NCBI GenBank assembly: GCA_965222075.1
Contig: OZ244937.1
Location: 1,760,001 to 1,824,000 of the forward strand
DNA: 64,000 nt
Source: Candidatus Latescibacterota bacterium
GTDB taxonomy: Bacteria; Latescibacterota; UBA2968; GCA-2709665
Reading direction: 5' to 3'
The notes beneath the pieces were generated by a model. That model did no database searches. It saw only the letters and a list, made by a program, of their open reading frames with translations, and was not told the origin of the DNA. Numbering within the stretch: position 1 is the stretch's first letter; each line of letters starts with the position of its first letter. Made by a program: the position numbers and the translations under genes. This document shows positions 10,054 to 20,356 of the stretch, piece after piece.

Positions 10054-10265
10054 TTTCGGCCTTTTTCCTGGGCGGGCAACGAACGTCAACTTGCCGCTTC
10101 ACCTCCTCCGCCTTTCTCCCCCTTTCCTCTCAGGAAAGGGGGCCGGGGGGATAGGTCACTATACCGCAACACATCCACCGGGTTCGCCCGCTCCGAATGG
10201 ACCACTTAAACACAATAAACACAATAAATTACGTTACAATCTGAAAGGTTATTTTCTAAGCAGCC

Positions 10266-10880
10266 TTAAAACTCGATCCCCTCTCGTGCCGGCGTCCCCC
10301 TGGCGTAATAATGCTTCACCTTCCGCATCTCGGTCACCAGGTCCACGCGCGCCACCAGCGCGTCCCACACCTTGTGGCCCGACAGCACCAGCTCACACCG
10401 CCGCTTTGCATCATAGAGGTCCAGCAGCCGCATCACATCCTCCCGTGCCAGCAGGTCGTAGACCACGCCCGCCAGGATTTCATCCAGAACCAGCAGGTCC
10501 TGCTCCCCCTCCCGGATCAACCGCTCGGCGATCTCCAGCCCCCGCCTGGCCTCCTTCACATCCTCCTCCTCCGCCCCAAACCGGAACGACCCGTCGGGCA
10601 TCATCCGCTCACAGCCCGTCGGATAGAGGTCAATCCCGTCCAGTTTCCGGAGGACATGCCGCTCGGAATAGTGCTCGTGCACGCCGTCGTAGCCCTTATC
10701 GAACTGGACCAGGGCCACCTTGTGGCCAGCCCCCAGCGCACGCACGGCTAAGCCCACACAGCAGGTCGTTTTCCCCTTCCCATACCCATAGTAGGCGTGG
10801 ACCTGATGGACCTTTTCTCCACCCTTTGCAGGCGGAATCACGCGGGGGCCGGTCGCCCTCCTCGGTCGATCTTCTGTCAT
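10266..10880 (-). CDS. cobO: Cob(I)yrinic acid a,c-diamide adenosyltransferase (CobO/BtuR)
   Basis: YYGYGKGKTT, VQFDKG, LVLDEI, ELVLSG, DLVTEMRKVKHYY...AREGIEF. Confidence 0.9.
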   Translation of the reverse strand: MTEDRPRRATGPRVIPPAKGGEKVHQVHAYYGYGKGKTTCCVGLAVRALGAGHKVALVQFDKGYDGVHEHYSERHVLRKLDGIDLYPTGCERMMPDGSFRFGAEEEDVKEARRGLEIAERLIREGEQDLLVLDEILAGVVYDLLAREDVMRLLDLYDAKRRCELVLSGHKVWDALVARVDLVTEMRKVKHYYARGTPAREGIEF

Positions 10881-10900
10881 AGCCCCACCTCCAGTCGTTG

Positions 10901-10933
10901 CCTGCCTGCCGAGCCGAGCTCGGCGCAGGCAGG
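10901..10933. repeat. 33-bp palindromic element CCTGCCTGC...GCAGGCAGG, intergenic
   Basis: CCTGCCTGCCGAGCCGAGCTCGGCGCAGGCAGG. Confidence 0.85.
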
Positions 10934-10937
10934 CGCA

Positions 10938-12218
10938 TCAGCCGCTGTGGCCGAAAAGCCTCGCAAATATAACAAAATCTCCGAAATTCACCCGTCCGTC
11001 GCCGTCCAGATCGAACTTCGGAGCCCAGTCAGGCGATTCCGGCCCGGTGCCGAAGGCCCGGGCAAACGCCGCAAAATCCCCGAAATCCACATCCCCATCT
11101 CCGTCGAAATCGGCGACCGTCGCATCCTCCAGGAAGGCGATAAAATTGGGCGGCAGCCCCGTTGAAATCGGCCCGGCTACCAGCGTATCGGCCGATGTGT
11201 CATAAACCCGGAGCCCCACCGTCTCCGGACTCTCGGGTCTACCCTGGTCCAAAACATAGAGCCGCCCCTTCAGTGCCCCAATCGCCGGTGTAAACCCGCC
11301 CGAAGTCCCCGGCAGCGGTGCCGACACCGATCCCGCCGCCAGGTTAAACCCCCTCACGCTGTTCACGAACGAGGCGTCGTCGGCCACCACCACATAGCCC
11401 CGGTCCTGCGACACCATCGCAAAGGCGCCAGCATCCCCACCCAGGTCAACTTCGCTCAGCAGAACCCCCTCCGATCGGTTGTTCTGAAGGTCCAGCACCT
11501 CGATGCCTCCATCCAGCGCGCCGCGCCTCCCCAAGCACGACAGATAGAGCTTTGCGCCCACCCGCACCTGTCCGCCGAAGGGGTTGCTGGCCTGAAGCAC
11601 AATCCCCTGAGTCCCGTCCCGCGTCGAATCCAGGTCGATCACGGTATCCGTATTCACATCCACGACCACCACCTCGCTTCGGTCGGTTGGCGGCCAAAAT
11701 GGCTCGTCCCGATCCAGCCGCTGGCAGGTCACGTAGAGGCGCCCGTCGAAAATCGTCAGGAATGTTGCCTCGGGCAACCCGTCCGCGTCGGCCACAAAAG
11801 AAAGGTCAACACCCCCCAGCGAATCCCCCGTCGCCGGGTTCACCACCAGCACCCGTTCCGATTTCAACCGCGACACATAGGCCTTCGTCTCACTTGCAAA
11901 AGCGATATGCTGAGGGTTGGAACCGTTTCCCACGGAAAACTGGAGCACCGGTGTGGTCAGATCGTCCGGATCGAGCACCAGGATATTATCCTGTCCCAGA
12001 CGATTGACCACATAAATCTTACCTCGATAGGTTTGAACCGATGCATCGCTGTGGATATTGAGCAGGTTTACCGTCGCCTGGTGGGTCTCCAGGTTCACGA
12101 CTGCAAAACTCCCGCTGCTGAAATCCGTCGTCGTCAAGATGGCTCGATCCCCTGCCCATGCACCCACAGCATTCAATCCCATCACGACAAAACCGATAAA
12201 CAGCCCCCAAAACTTCAT
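10938..12218 (-). CDS. Secreted YncE-like beta-propeller (putative cobamide-binding) with C-terminal EF-hand/dockerin-like domain
   Basis: Signal peptide MKFWG...AWA; propeller repeats (IYVVNRLG, GSNPQHIAF, KAYVS); two DFDGDGxVxFxDF motifs; located in the B12 riboswitch operon. Confidence 0.8.
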   Translation of the reverse strand: MKFWGLFIGFVVMGLNAVGAWAGDRAILTTTDFSSGSFAVVNLETHQATVNLLNIHSDASVQTYRGKIYVVNRLGQDNILVLDPDDLTTPVLQFSVGNGSNPQHIAFASETKAYVSRLKSERVLVVNPATGDSLGGVDLSFVADADGLPEATFLTIFDGRLYVTCQRLDRDEPFWPPTDRSEVVVVDVNTDTVIDLDSTRDGTQGIVLQASNPFGGQVRVGAKLYLSCLGRRGALDGGIEVLDLQNNRSEGVLLSEVDLGGDAGAFAMVSQDRGYVVVADDASFVNSVRGFNLAAGSVSAPLPGTSGGFTPAIGALKGRLYVLDQGRPESPETVGLRVYDTSADTLVAGPISTGLPPNFIAFLEDATVADFDGDGDVDFGDFAAFARAFGTGPESPDWAPKFDLDGDGRVNFGDFVIFARLFGHSG

Positions 12219-12256
12219 ATCTTCCCTCCACAATAACTGTTGATGGGTCAACTCGT

Positions 12257-14479
12257 CTAAAAACTCTCCCGCACCGTCACAAAAAACGACCGCCCCGGAA
12301 GGGGATATCCCCACAGGTCGGCTACCTGATTGTCCAGCAGGTTCTTCGCCTCAAGCGTCACCTCCACGTGCCGGTACAGCATATACCGCATCCCAACATG
12401 GTGAATGTGTCGCGCCCGCACCGGGCGCAGATTGGCCCGATCCAGAAAATTGCCGTCCTGGAATATATAGTCGTAAAACCCCCTCCAGCGCCCCAGGGTC
12501 AGGCCCGTATGCGCATGGGCCTCATGCTGGGGACGATTGGGCAGCACCCTGCCCCTGCGGTGGGGCACCCGCGACGCATCGACTGCCCGTTGATAGGTAT
12601 AATTTCCCGACAGCATCCACCGGCCGAACGGCCTCCCCCTCAGCATAGCCTCCATCCCCCGCACACGCGCCTTCCCGATATTCCGAGCCCGGCCCATCCC
12701 CTGGGAAAACTGGACAACCTGGATCAGATCGGTATAACGGTGATCAAAATAGGCCGCTTCCAGAACCGCGCCTCTCCCCTCCAATTGGGCATGGAAGCCC
12801 ACATCCCAGGTCAGCCCCCGCTCCGGCTTCAGCCCCGTATTTCCGATCACCCCGCCCCGATCGCCGAAAAACTCATAAAAGCTCGGCGCCCGGTGGCTCC
12901 GCCCCACATTCGCCTTCAGCCAGAACCCGGGCCTCAGGTCAAAGCGCCCGCCCGCCCGAACGCTCACCAGCGTCTGCCCTGTCGTGGAATCGGGAGCCAG
13001 AGGTGAAAACCGATAGGGGTTTTCCTCAAACACGCGGCTGTCCTGGTACTCCACGCGTGCAGATGCCGAAAATACCCCCCGGCGCTTCGGGAGCGCCCAG
13101 TCCGTCCCGACCTGTCCGGAGGCCGTCCACCGGCTGCTCTCAAAAAGCCGATCGGCCCGGTTCAGCCGTTCCTCGGGCAGGAAGGCCTCTCGCCGGACCG
13201 AAACGCCCAGCGCTGCCGCATGCTGTTTCCCGAAAACGGTCCGGACCTTGCCGCGCCAGCCATAGCTCCTTGTGCGGTAGCGGTTGTCCTGCCGGCCCAC
13301 GCCCACCTCGCCGAACCGGTCTACAAACCCCTCACGCCTGTGGCTGAAAAAGAGCGTCTGCCGCACCGAAAAACGGTCCAGCCAGTCCGGGATCAGAACG
13401 CCGAGCTTCGTCAGGCTCCGAAAGGTGTTCATCCGGGCGTGCTTCGACTGGTTGTTGCTGATGCCCGGAATGCCCTGGCGCTTCCAGTAGAGGTTCTCCT
13501 GCACGTAGAGCCGGCGGTGGCCGTTGAACCGATAGCTCCACTTCCCCAGCAGGTCCGACGAGAAAAAGTCGCTGTTCCGGCGGCTGGTCAGGACATCATC
13601 GGCCAGATTGTATTCGGTTCCATTATCGTCCAGAAAGCGGAAATCATTGTCGCTTGACGTGTAGTCGGCCACCACCAAATAGGTGGTCTTCCGCCGCTTC
13701 TCAGATACCATCGCATTGAGACTCCGGGTATCGAACGAGCCCCAGGACCCGCTTCCCCCCTGTTTCCATCCCTTGCCGGGCGTCCGGGTCCGAATATGCA
13801 CGGTTCCCCCCATCCCCCCATCTCCCACAGCCGCACCCCGATAAACCTCAATGTGCGACACATGCGCCAGGGACAAATTGCTCAGATTCACCCCACCCCC
13901 AAGCGCCGAATTGAGCAGGATGCCGTCTAAGTAAACCTCCACCTGTTCCGCAGAGGACCCCCGGATGGAAATCGCGCCGAAACTCCCCAGCCCTCCCAGG
14001 CGCACCACCTGCACACCGATTGATGTCGAAAGCACCTCCCGCACCGACGTCGCCTGTCCTTCAAAGGCCTCGCCGCGCTTCAGCACCGTCACAAACACGG
14101 GCATCCGATGAATTTCCGCTGCGCCCACCGGTTCGGCCGCCACTTCCATCTCACCCAGCGCGATCACCCTGGGCATCAGAACCAGCCGCACCTCAACACG
14201 TCCTGTCTCCGAAACACCCACCTCCCGCTGCACCCCATCCCAAAAGCCCACGTGCGATGCTCGCACCACATAAACGCCCGGAGGCACCTGACGAATCTCA
14301 AACCTGCCCTGAGTGTCGCTCTCATCCCCAAGGCCGGGTCCCACCCCCACAGAAGCCCCCTCCAGAGGCGCGCCTGTCCGGGCATCCTCCACGATCCCGA
14401 CGATGGTCCCGGCATCGACACCAGAGGCACATCCTGCCAGCGTGAAAACGGTGAGAAACTGACAAACCAATCGTCTCAT
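12257..14479 (-). CDS. btuB: TonB-dependent receptor, BtuB-like, with N-terminal carboxypeptidase-regulatory-like domain
   Basis: Plug ISIRGSSAEQVEVYLDG, LKPERG, NLLDNQ...YPLPGRSFFVTVRESF; downstream of a cobalamin riboswitch; start chosen by RBS. Confidence 0.85.
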   Translation of the reverse strand: MRRLVCQFLTVFTLAGCASGVDAGTIVGIVEDARTGAPLEGASVGVGPGLGDESDTQGRFEIRQVPPGVYVVRASHVGFWDGVQREVGVSETGRVEVRLVLMPRVIALGEMEVAAEPVGAAEIHRMPVFVTVLKRGEAFEGQATSVREVLSTSIGVQVVRLGGLGSFGAISIRGSSAEQVEVYLDGILLNSALGGGVNLSNLSLAHVSHIEVYRGAAVGDGGMGGTVHIRTRTPGKGWKQGGSGSWGSFDTRSLNAMVSEKRRKTTYLVVADYTSSDNDFRFLDDNGTEYNLADDVLTSRRNSDFFSSDLLGKWSYRFNGHRRLYVQENLYWKRQGIPGISNNQSKHARMNTFRSLTKLGVLIPDWLDRFSVRQTLFFSHRREGFVDRFGEVGVGRQDNRYRTRSYGWRGKVRTVFGKQHAAALGVSVRREAFLPEERLNRADRLFESSRWTASGQVGTDWALPKRRGVFSASARVEYQDSRVFEENPYRFSPLAPDSTTGQTLVSVRAGGRFDLRPGFWLKANVGRSHRAPSFYEFFGDRGGVIGNTGLKPERGLTWDVGFHAQLEGRGAVLEAAYFDHRYTDLIQVVQFSQGMGRARNIGKARVRGMEAMLRGRPFGRWMLSGNYTYQRAVDASRVPHRRGRVLPNRPQHEAHAHTGLTLGRWRGFYDYIFQDGNFLDRANLRPVRARHIHHVGMRYMLYRHVEVTLEAKNLLDNQVADLWGYPLPGRSFFVTVRESF

Positions 14480-14536
14480 GAAATCTCCATCCCAACCCGC
14501 ATCACGAAACCCCGGAAGTCCATTACAATTCTCCCA

Positions 14537-14575
14537 CAAACAAAAATCCCCAGCCTCGCAACCGAGGCCGGGGAT
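14537..14575 (-). terminator. Intrinsic terminator/attenuator in the btuB leader
   Basis: Minus strand ATCCCCGGCCTCGGTTGCGAGGCTGGGGAT followed by TTTTGTTTGT. Confidence 0.7.
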
Positions 14576-14642
14576 ACAGGTAGGACACACATCACCACCT
14601 TGGCTTCCCGGTCCACGAGGAAGATCAACAAAGGTACTCAAG

Positions 14643-14812
14643 CTCAGGCAGGTCTTCTGGCTTCCGGATCATCTGCCTTCTCACACCTTCCCAGCCGGTC
14701 ATTTCGGCCAGTGGTCTGTTGTGGAAGGCATCCCCGGTCACAGCGGCGGGCCCGCGACGGAATTTCACCGTCTTCCCTCTTCGGCCCCCAAAGGGGGACA
14801 ACCTGAACTACC
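14643..14812 (-). ncRNA. Cobalamin riboswitch
   Basis: Minus strand AAGAGGGAAGACGGTGAAATTCCGTCGCGGGCCCGCCGCTGT...GACCACTG...GGGAAGG...AAGCCAGAAGACCTGCC (B12 box). Confidence 0.95.
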
Positions 14813-14843
14813 GAATGGCAATATCAAAGATCGAACGTGTTCA

Positions 14844-14872
14844 AATATACGGCCCAGGAGACCGATCGTCAA
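14844..14872 (-). promoter_or_regulatory. Sigma70-type promoter for the riboswitch/btuB transcript
   Basis: TTGACG-17 bp-TATATT. Confidence 0.65.
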
Positions 14873-14997
14873 GAGCAAAATGCCGCTTCTCTCTCCCTTG
14901 CCTCTGGGGTTCAAAAAAAGGTGGCGTCTCAACATCTGTTGTTTTATCTTCTCACCACGCATATATCAATAAAAGACAAGACCTTCTCGACAACGCC

Positions 14998-15912
14998 ATG
15001 ACCCAGACGCTCGCGCCGGCCATCCCCGTCTCGCTCGGGGATGCCTTCGCCTACTGCGAGGCCCTCACAAAGGCCCACTACGAAAACTTTCCCGTCGGCT
15101 CCCGCCTGGTCCCCAAAGCCCTCCGCCCGCACGTTTGCAGCATCTACGCCTTTGCTCGAACCGCCGACGACTTTGCCGACGAACCCGGTCTGGAAACAGA
15201 CGAACGCCTCCAGCGGCTCGACGAATGGGGAGAACGCCTCCAGACCTGTCTCAATACCCCCCAAGGTCCCATTTTTACCGCCCTGGCCGAAACCATTCGC
15301 TGCCACCAGGTCCCCCACGACCTCCTGCACGACCTCCTGCGGGCCTTCCGGATGGACGTGACCACCCCACGCCACCGCACCTTCGACGACCTCCTGGCCT
15401 ACTGCCGCTATTCGGCCATGCCCGTCGGCCGCCTCATCCTCCACCTCTTCGGCTACCACAACACACAGCGGCACCGTCTGTCCGACGCCATCTGCACCGC
15501 CCTGCAGCTGGCCAACTTCTGGCAGGACATCGCCGTCGACTTCTCCCGCGGCCGCATCTACCTCCCACAGAAGGACATGAAACAGTTCGGCGTCACCGAA
15601 GACGACCTGGCAAACCAGCGGGTCACGCAACCCTTCCGCTCGCTGCTGAACCACGAAATCGACCGCACCCGGGCCATCTTTCAGCAGGGCCGCCCGCTCC
15701 CCGACCAGGTCAGCGGCCGACTGAAATTCGAACTGCGGCTCACCTACCTGGGGGGCATGGAAATACTCAACAAAATCCGGCGTAACGGATACGACATCTA
15801 CCAAAAACGCCCGCAGATCACCGGCCGAGACAGCGTACGCCTGCTGTTCCACACGTTCTTTTTCTGGAAAAACACCGGGCGACCGGCCGGTCGCCCCTGC
15901 ACCGATCCCTGA
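14998..15912 (+). CDS. hpnC: Squalene synthase HpnC
   Basis: HYENFPVGS, YAFARTADDFADE, YCRYSAMPVGRL, LQLANFWQD. Confidence 0.92.
   Translation: MTQTLAPAIPVSLGDAFAYCEALTKAHYENFPVGSRLVPKALRPHVCSIYAFARTADDFADEPGLETDERLQRLDEWGERLQTCLNTPQGPIFTALAETIRCHQVPHDLLHDLLRAFRMDVTTPRHRTFDDLLAYCRYSAMPVGRLILHLFGYHNTQRHRLSDAICTALQLANFWQDIAVDFSRGRIYLPQKDMKQFGVTEDDLANQRVTQPFRSLLNHEIDRTRAIFQQGRPLPDQVSGRLKFELRLTYLGGMEILNKIRRNGYDIYQKRPQITGRDSVRLLFHTFFFWKNTGRPAGRPCTDP
15877..15896. repeat. REP-like perfect palindrome overlapping the hpnC 3' end
   Basis: GGGCGACCGGCCGGTCGCCC; variant at 39203-39230. Confidence 0.65.
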
Positions 15913-15923
15913 CCCCTGCTTCT

Positions 15924-16778
15924 ATGAACCTGAATTCCCACATCGCCGCCCTCGTCCGGAAGGCCCGCACCAATTTCTACTACGCCTTCGTCTTCCTGCC
16001 CAAACCCAAGCGGGAGGCCATCTTTGCCGCCTATGCCTTCAGCCGGCATGCGGACGACCTGGTAGACGATGCCGACTCTCCGGAAGCCGCCGCGCAAAAC
16101 CTCGCGGCCTGGCGGGACGAACTCCACGCCTGTTACAACGGCCACCCAACCCAGCCCATCACTCGCAACCTGCAGCAAACCCTCCAGCGCTTCCCCATCC
16201 CCAAAGCGCACTTCCTCCACCTCATCGACGGCGTGGAAATGGACCTCCGCAAACGTCGGTACGCCACCTTCGAAGACCTCTATGCCTACTGCTACAGGGT
16301 CGCCTCCGTCATCGGTTTAATCTGCATCGAAATCTTCGGCTACCGCAATCCCGCCACCCGGGATTACGCGGTCAACCTGGGCGTCGCCCTCCAGCTTACC
16401 AACATCCTCCGGGACATCGGGCCCGATGCCCTGCAGAACCGCATCTACCTGCCCGCCGAAGACCTCCATCGCTTTGGGTACTCCCAGGAGGACCTCCTTG
16501 CCTGCACCTACAACCCGGCCTTTACCGACCTGATGGCCTTTCAGTGCAAACGCGCCTGGGACTATTACGCGCAAGCCCGGAGCTATCTCACCCAAGAAGA
16601 CCGCCCGGGCCTCTTCTCCGCCGAAATTATGGGCCGCATCTACGCCAGCCTTCTCCGCCGAATCGAAACCGTTGGGTATAACGTATTCGATCACCCCATC
16701 CGCTTGAGCAACTTGAGGAAACTCGGCATCGCGCTCACCATCTGGCTCCAAAGCCTCCCCCACCGGTCCGCACCATGA
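15924..16778 (+). CDS. hpnD: Presqualene diphosphate synthase HpnD
   Basis: NFYYAF, DDLVDD, YCYRVASVIG, LQLTNILRD, RIYLP. Confidence 0.92.
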   Translation: MNLNSHIAALVRKARTNFYYAFVFLPKPKREAIFAAYAFSRHADDLVDDADSPEAAAQNLAAWRDELHACYNGHPTQPITRNLQQTLQRFPIPKAHFLHLIDGVEMDLRKRRYATFEDLYAYCYRVASVIGLICIEIFGYRNPATRDYAVNLGVALQLTNILRDIGPDALQNRIYLPAEDLHRFGYSQEDLLACTYNPAFTDLMAFQCKRAWDYYAQARSYLTQEDRPGLFSAEIMGRIYASLLRRIETVGYNVFDHPIRLSNLRKLGIALTIWLQSLPHRSAP

Positions 16779-18100
16779 GCCGCGTAGCCATCATCGGAGG
16801 CGGCTTTGCCGGGCTCTCTGCCGCGGTGGCCCTCTCTGCGCAGAACGTCAACGTTTTCCTCATTGAACGGCGCAGACACCTGGGGGGCCGGGCTTACTCC
16901 TTTACGGACCAAACCACAGGAGACACCGTAGACAACGGCCAGCACCTCCTGATGAAGTGCTTCCGCCACACCCGGGATTTTCTGACCCGGGTCGGCACGG
17001 CCGACCACCTCCACTTTCAGGACCATTTCCGGATCGACTTTCGCCATCCCCGCGCAGGACAGGCGACCCTCTCCTTTTCCCGCCTGCTTCCTCCCCCGCT
17101 CCATTTGCTCGTCGGGTTCCTCCGATTTGGCCAGATCGGATTCGGAGATGCCCTCCGGCTCGGCCGCATCGCCAATGCCATGAAATCTCTGCAGGAGACC
17201 GACCTGACGGTAAATGCCTGGCTCAATCGATGTGGGCAGTCCCCCCGCATCCGCCAATCGTTTTGGGACCCCCTCTGCACCTCCGCCCTGAACCAATCCC
17301 CTGCCTCGGCCCCCGCCAGCCACCTGATGGCGGTCCTGCACGAAGCCTTCTTCAGCGGTCCGGAAGGCAGTTGCCTCGGCTATGCCAATGTGGGCCTCAG
17401 CGCCCTTTATACCCACGCAGCTCACCGCACCATCGAAGACCGGGGAGGCAGTGTGCGCCTCCGGGCGGCCGCCATCGCCGTGAAAGGCACGCCAGGCGGC
17501 ATCTCAATCCAGCTCCAGTCGGGCGAATGCCTCACTGCGGACGCCTGCATCTGTGCTGTCCCTCCACCCGCCCTCGCGCGGGTCCTCCCCGATGCCCTCG
17601 CCCATCTCAGAAACGACCTCGCGGCATTCCGTCCCTCCCCCATCCTCTCCGTCAATCTCTGGTTCGACCGCCCCGTCATCGAGGCCAAATTCATCGGCAT
17701 GCTGGGAACGCGCCTGGACTGGATCTTCAACAAACCGGCCCTCTACGAAAACCGCGACCGCGCCTCCGCAGGTCACATCGCCTTAGTCGCCAGCGCCGCC
17801 GACACCCTCGTCGGTCGCTCCGACGATGAGCTTGTCGCCATCGCTTTGGAAGACCTCCGCGCACTTGTGCCCAGCGCCGAAAGGGCCCGTCTCCAGCACC
17901 ACCGCGTCGTCCGGGAGCGCCACGCCACCTTTGCCCTCCCCCCCGGCCACCCCCATCCTTCTACCCGCACCGACCTGCCGGTCCTCTTCCTGGCCGGTGA
18001 CTGGACCGACACCGGCCTTCCTGCCACCATCGAAAGCGCCGTGACCAGCGGCTACCGCGCAGCCGAAGGTGTCCTCCAATTTCTGAAGGTCAACCCCTGA
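16775..18100 (+). CDS. hpnE: Hydroxysqualene dehydroxylase HpnE
   Basis: GGGFAGLSAA, GGRAYSF, DNGQHLL, LAGDWTDTGLPATIESAV. Confidence 0.92.
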   Translation: MSRVAIIGGGFAGLSAAVALSAQNVNVFLIERRRHLGGRAYSFTDQTTGDTVDNGQHLLMKCFRHTRDFLTRVGTADHLHFQDHFRIDFRHPRAGQATLSFSRLLPPPLHLLVGFLRFGQIGFGDALRLGRIANAMKSLQETDLTVNAWLNRCGQSPRIRQSFWDPLCTSALNQSPASAPASHLMAVLHEAFFSGPEGSCLGYANVGLSALYTHAAHRTIEDRGGSVRLRAAAIAVKGTPGGISIQLQSGECLTADACICAVPPPALARVLPDALAHLRNDLAAFRPSPILSVNLWFDRPVIEAKFIGMLGTRLDWIFNKPALYENRDRASAGHIALVASAADTLVGRSDDELVAIALEDLRALVPSAERARLQHHRVVRERHATFALPPGHPHPSTRTDLPVLFLAGDWTDTGLPATIESAVTSGYRAAEGVLQFLKVNP

Positions 18101-18133
18101 AAAAAAAGGGGCACAGCCGCCTGCTGTGCCCCT
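18101..18133 (-). terminator. Intrinsic terminator between convergent operons
   Basis: AGGGGCACAGC/GCTGTGCCCCT stem with an A7 tract (U-tract on the minus strand). Confidence 0.7.
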
Positions 18134-18161
18134 CAACAAAACTGCCAGAACGCCTTTTCGG

Positions 18162-18551
18162 CTACCCCACCCGAAAGTTGGCCATCCCCTCATCGATAAA
18201 TGTCCGCGTCTCCAAGTCCAGGGCCGTAATCCGGGCGATATAAAGCTTCCCCTCGTTGTCCTCTTCAACCAGCGGCAGCCCGTCGATCTGATAGAAGTCC
18301 GCCCCGTCCGTGGCCTGAGCCTGCAGCTCCGGCCCGCCGCCCTTCTGCGCGCTGAACCGGTCGAAAAAATCGTCCGGCGCGATCGCGTACAGGTTGGCGC
18401 CCGTGCCCACCCATTCCTTCGTCTCCGGGTGTTCCTCAAACCCCGTCCCATCCAGAAATGCACGGTGCTCCGCCACCTCCCCTATCACCACCACCACATC
18501 CTCCCGTTCCAGGATGAAACTCTTGTATTTCCCAATCTCCTGTTTGATCAT
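18162..18551 (-). CDS. Hypothetical acidic protein
   Basis: 129-aa ORF with RBS and host-like codon use, downstream of thrC. Confidence 0.7.
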   Translation of the reverse strand: MIKQEIGKYKSFILEREDVVVVIGEVAEHRAFLDGTGFEEHPETKEWVGTGANLYAIAPDDFFDRFSAQKGGGPELQAQATDGADFYQIDGLPLVEEDNEGKLYIARITALDLETRTFIDEGMANFRVG

Positions 18552-18612
18552 TGCCGCATCACTCCCGTTTGAAATACCCCCAGGTCCTGCACGCCGCCTC
18601 CATCCCGCACGG

Positions 18613-19788
18613 CTATGCCTCCGGTTCTATGACATCGATGTACTTCAGACCCGATCCCGTATTGAACAACACCACCCGCTCATCCGGAGACACCAGCCCC
18701 TGTTTCACAAGCCCCTTGAGCCCGGCCAGGTTGGCGGCCCCTTCCGGCGCCGGGAAAATACCCGTGGCCGAGGCCATCTCCCACACGCAGGCCATCAGTT
18801 CCTCATCGGACACCGCAACAGCGCACCCCCCGCTCTCCCGAATCGCCCGCAGCATCAGAAAATCCCCCACGGCCCGGGGCACCCGCAGCCCGGCTGCTGC
18901 CGTCTCTGCCCCCTCCCAGGGCTCGGCCGACGCCGCTCCGGCCTCAAATGCACGCACAATCGGCGCACACCCCGCCGCCTGGACCGAAACCATCTTGGGG
19001 CGCTTCGGCCCGATCCACCCCATCTGTTCCATCTCGTCAAACGCCTTCCACATCCCGATCAACCCGGTGCCGCCCCCCGTGGGGTAGATCACGACCTCCG
19101 GCAGATCCCAATCGAACTGCTCGGCCAACTCGTAGCCCATCGTCTTCTTCCCCTCCACCCGGTAAGGTTCCTTCAGCGTTGACACATCGAACCAGCCCTC
19201 CTGGTCCTTTCGGTCGGCCACAATCCGCCCGCAATCCGTAATCAACCCGTCCACCAGCGCAACGTGCGCCCCCAGGACCTCGCACTCCACCTGGTTGGCC
19301 CGGGGCACATCCCGGGGCATAAAAATGTGGGCCGGCATGCCTGCGCGGGCGGCATAGGCCGCCGTGGCCCCCCCCGCGTTTCCCGCCGACGGGATGGCCA
19401 CCGCCCGTGCGCCCAGCTCACACGCGCGGGAAACCGCAACCGACAGCCCCCGCGCCTTGAACGAGCCGGTCGGATTATTCCCTTCATCCTTCACATAGAG
19501 CTTCGGCACCCCCAGTTTCTGTCCCAGCGACGTGGCCTGCAGCAAGGGCGTGAATCCCTCTCCCAGACTTACCCGGTAGTCCTCCCGTTCAACCGGCAGC
19601 ACCTCGGCATAGCGCCACATCGTGGGCATCCGTTCTGCAAGGCGCTCCCGCTTCAAATCCTCCATGGCCCCTTCCAGATCGTAGCGAGCAAACAGGGGCG
19701 CCTCACAGCACGGACTCAAATTCCAGAGCCGATCCTTCGGATAGGCCCGACTACACCGGGTACAGGTCAAATCCGTAAGAAACCCCAT
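18613..19788 (-). CDS. thrC: Threonine synthase
   Basis: [19 protein letters not shown] (PLP lysine), [27 protein letters not shown]. Confidence 0.92.
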   Translation of the reverse strand: MGFLTDLTCTRCSRAYPKDRLWNLSPCCEAPLFARYDLEGAMEDLKRERLAERMPTMWRYAEVLPVEREDYRVSLGEGFTPLLQATSLGQKLGVPKLYVKDEGNNPTGSFKARGLSVAVSRACELGARAVAIPSAGNAGGATAAYAARAGMPAHIFMPRDVPRANQVECEVLGAHVALVDGLITDCGRIVADRKDQEGWFDVSTLKEPYRVEGKKTMGYELAEQFDWDLPEVVIYPTGGGTGLIGMWKAFDEMEQMGWIGPKRPKMVSVQAAGCAPIVRAFEAGAASAEPWEGAETAAAGLRVPRAVGDFLMLRAIRESGGCAVAVSDEELMACVWEMASATGIFPAPEGAANLAGLKGLVKQGLVSPDERVVLFNTGSGLKYIDVIEPEA

Positions 19789-19839
19789 CTCCACCTCCTC
19801 CGGAACGGCGATCGGTTTTCATCGTGTACGACTGCTCTA

Positions 19840-19868
19840 ATTATGCATCAGACCACATCATAAGTCAA
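19840..19868 (-). promoter_or_regulatory. Sigma70-type promoter of thrC
   Basis: TTGACT-17 bp-CATAAT. Confidence 0.6.
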
Positions 19869-20037
19869 GACAGAACAGGGTATGTTACGCCCGTCCCTGT
19901 TGCGTCGCTCGCCGGACGCAGGGCATCTTTTATCGTCCATGCCATGCGCTAACACTTGACAAAAACCCCACCCATGTCATATTTTTACTTATAGAGGATT
20001 TGACACACGATCCCAGGACGAGATCGGGCCGAAGCTC

Positions 20038-20355
20038 TTGAGTCAAATAACGGCCCCGGAGGTGGTACCTCTGGGGCCGTTACCAAAGGAGCCCCCGGCA
20101 GAGGAGGGGCTGCTGGATCACATCGGGATCGGTGTGCGCGCTCACGCAATGTGGACCTGGTGCCAGGACCGCGGAGTCAACATTCGGCACCTGGCCATGC
20201 AGTTCTGTCTGGCGGCTCCGATCAACGGCATCGTCATGCCGGGACCTGCGAACAAACAGCAGGTCGAAGAGGCCTATGAGGCCGCTACCGTTGACGTCCC
20301 CTCGGATGTCTGGGCGGATTTCAAGGCGGCGTTCGGAGTCGGCCTCGAGGTCTGA
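20038..20355 (+). pseudogene. Aldo/keto reductase C-terminal fragment
   Basis: RHLAMQFCLA...VMPGPANKQQVEE...VPSDVW resembles the AKR C-terminus; catalytic N-terminal half absent. Confidence 0.6.
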
Positions 20356-20356
20356 C

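Noticed and set aside
14643-18100. B12 control of hopanoid synthesis (riboswitch next to hpnCDE)
   Set aside because: The riboswitch is on the opposite strand and serves btuB; no B12-dependent hpnP/hpnR gene is present.
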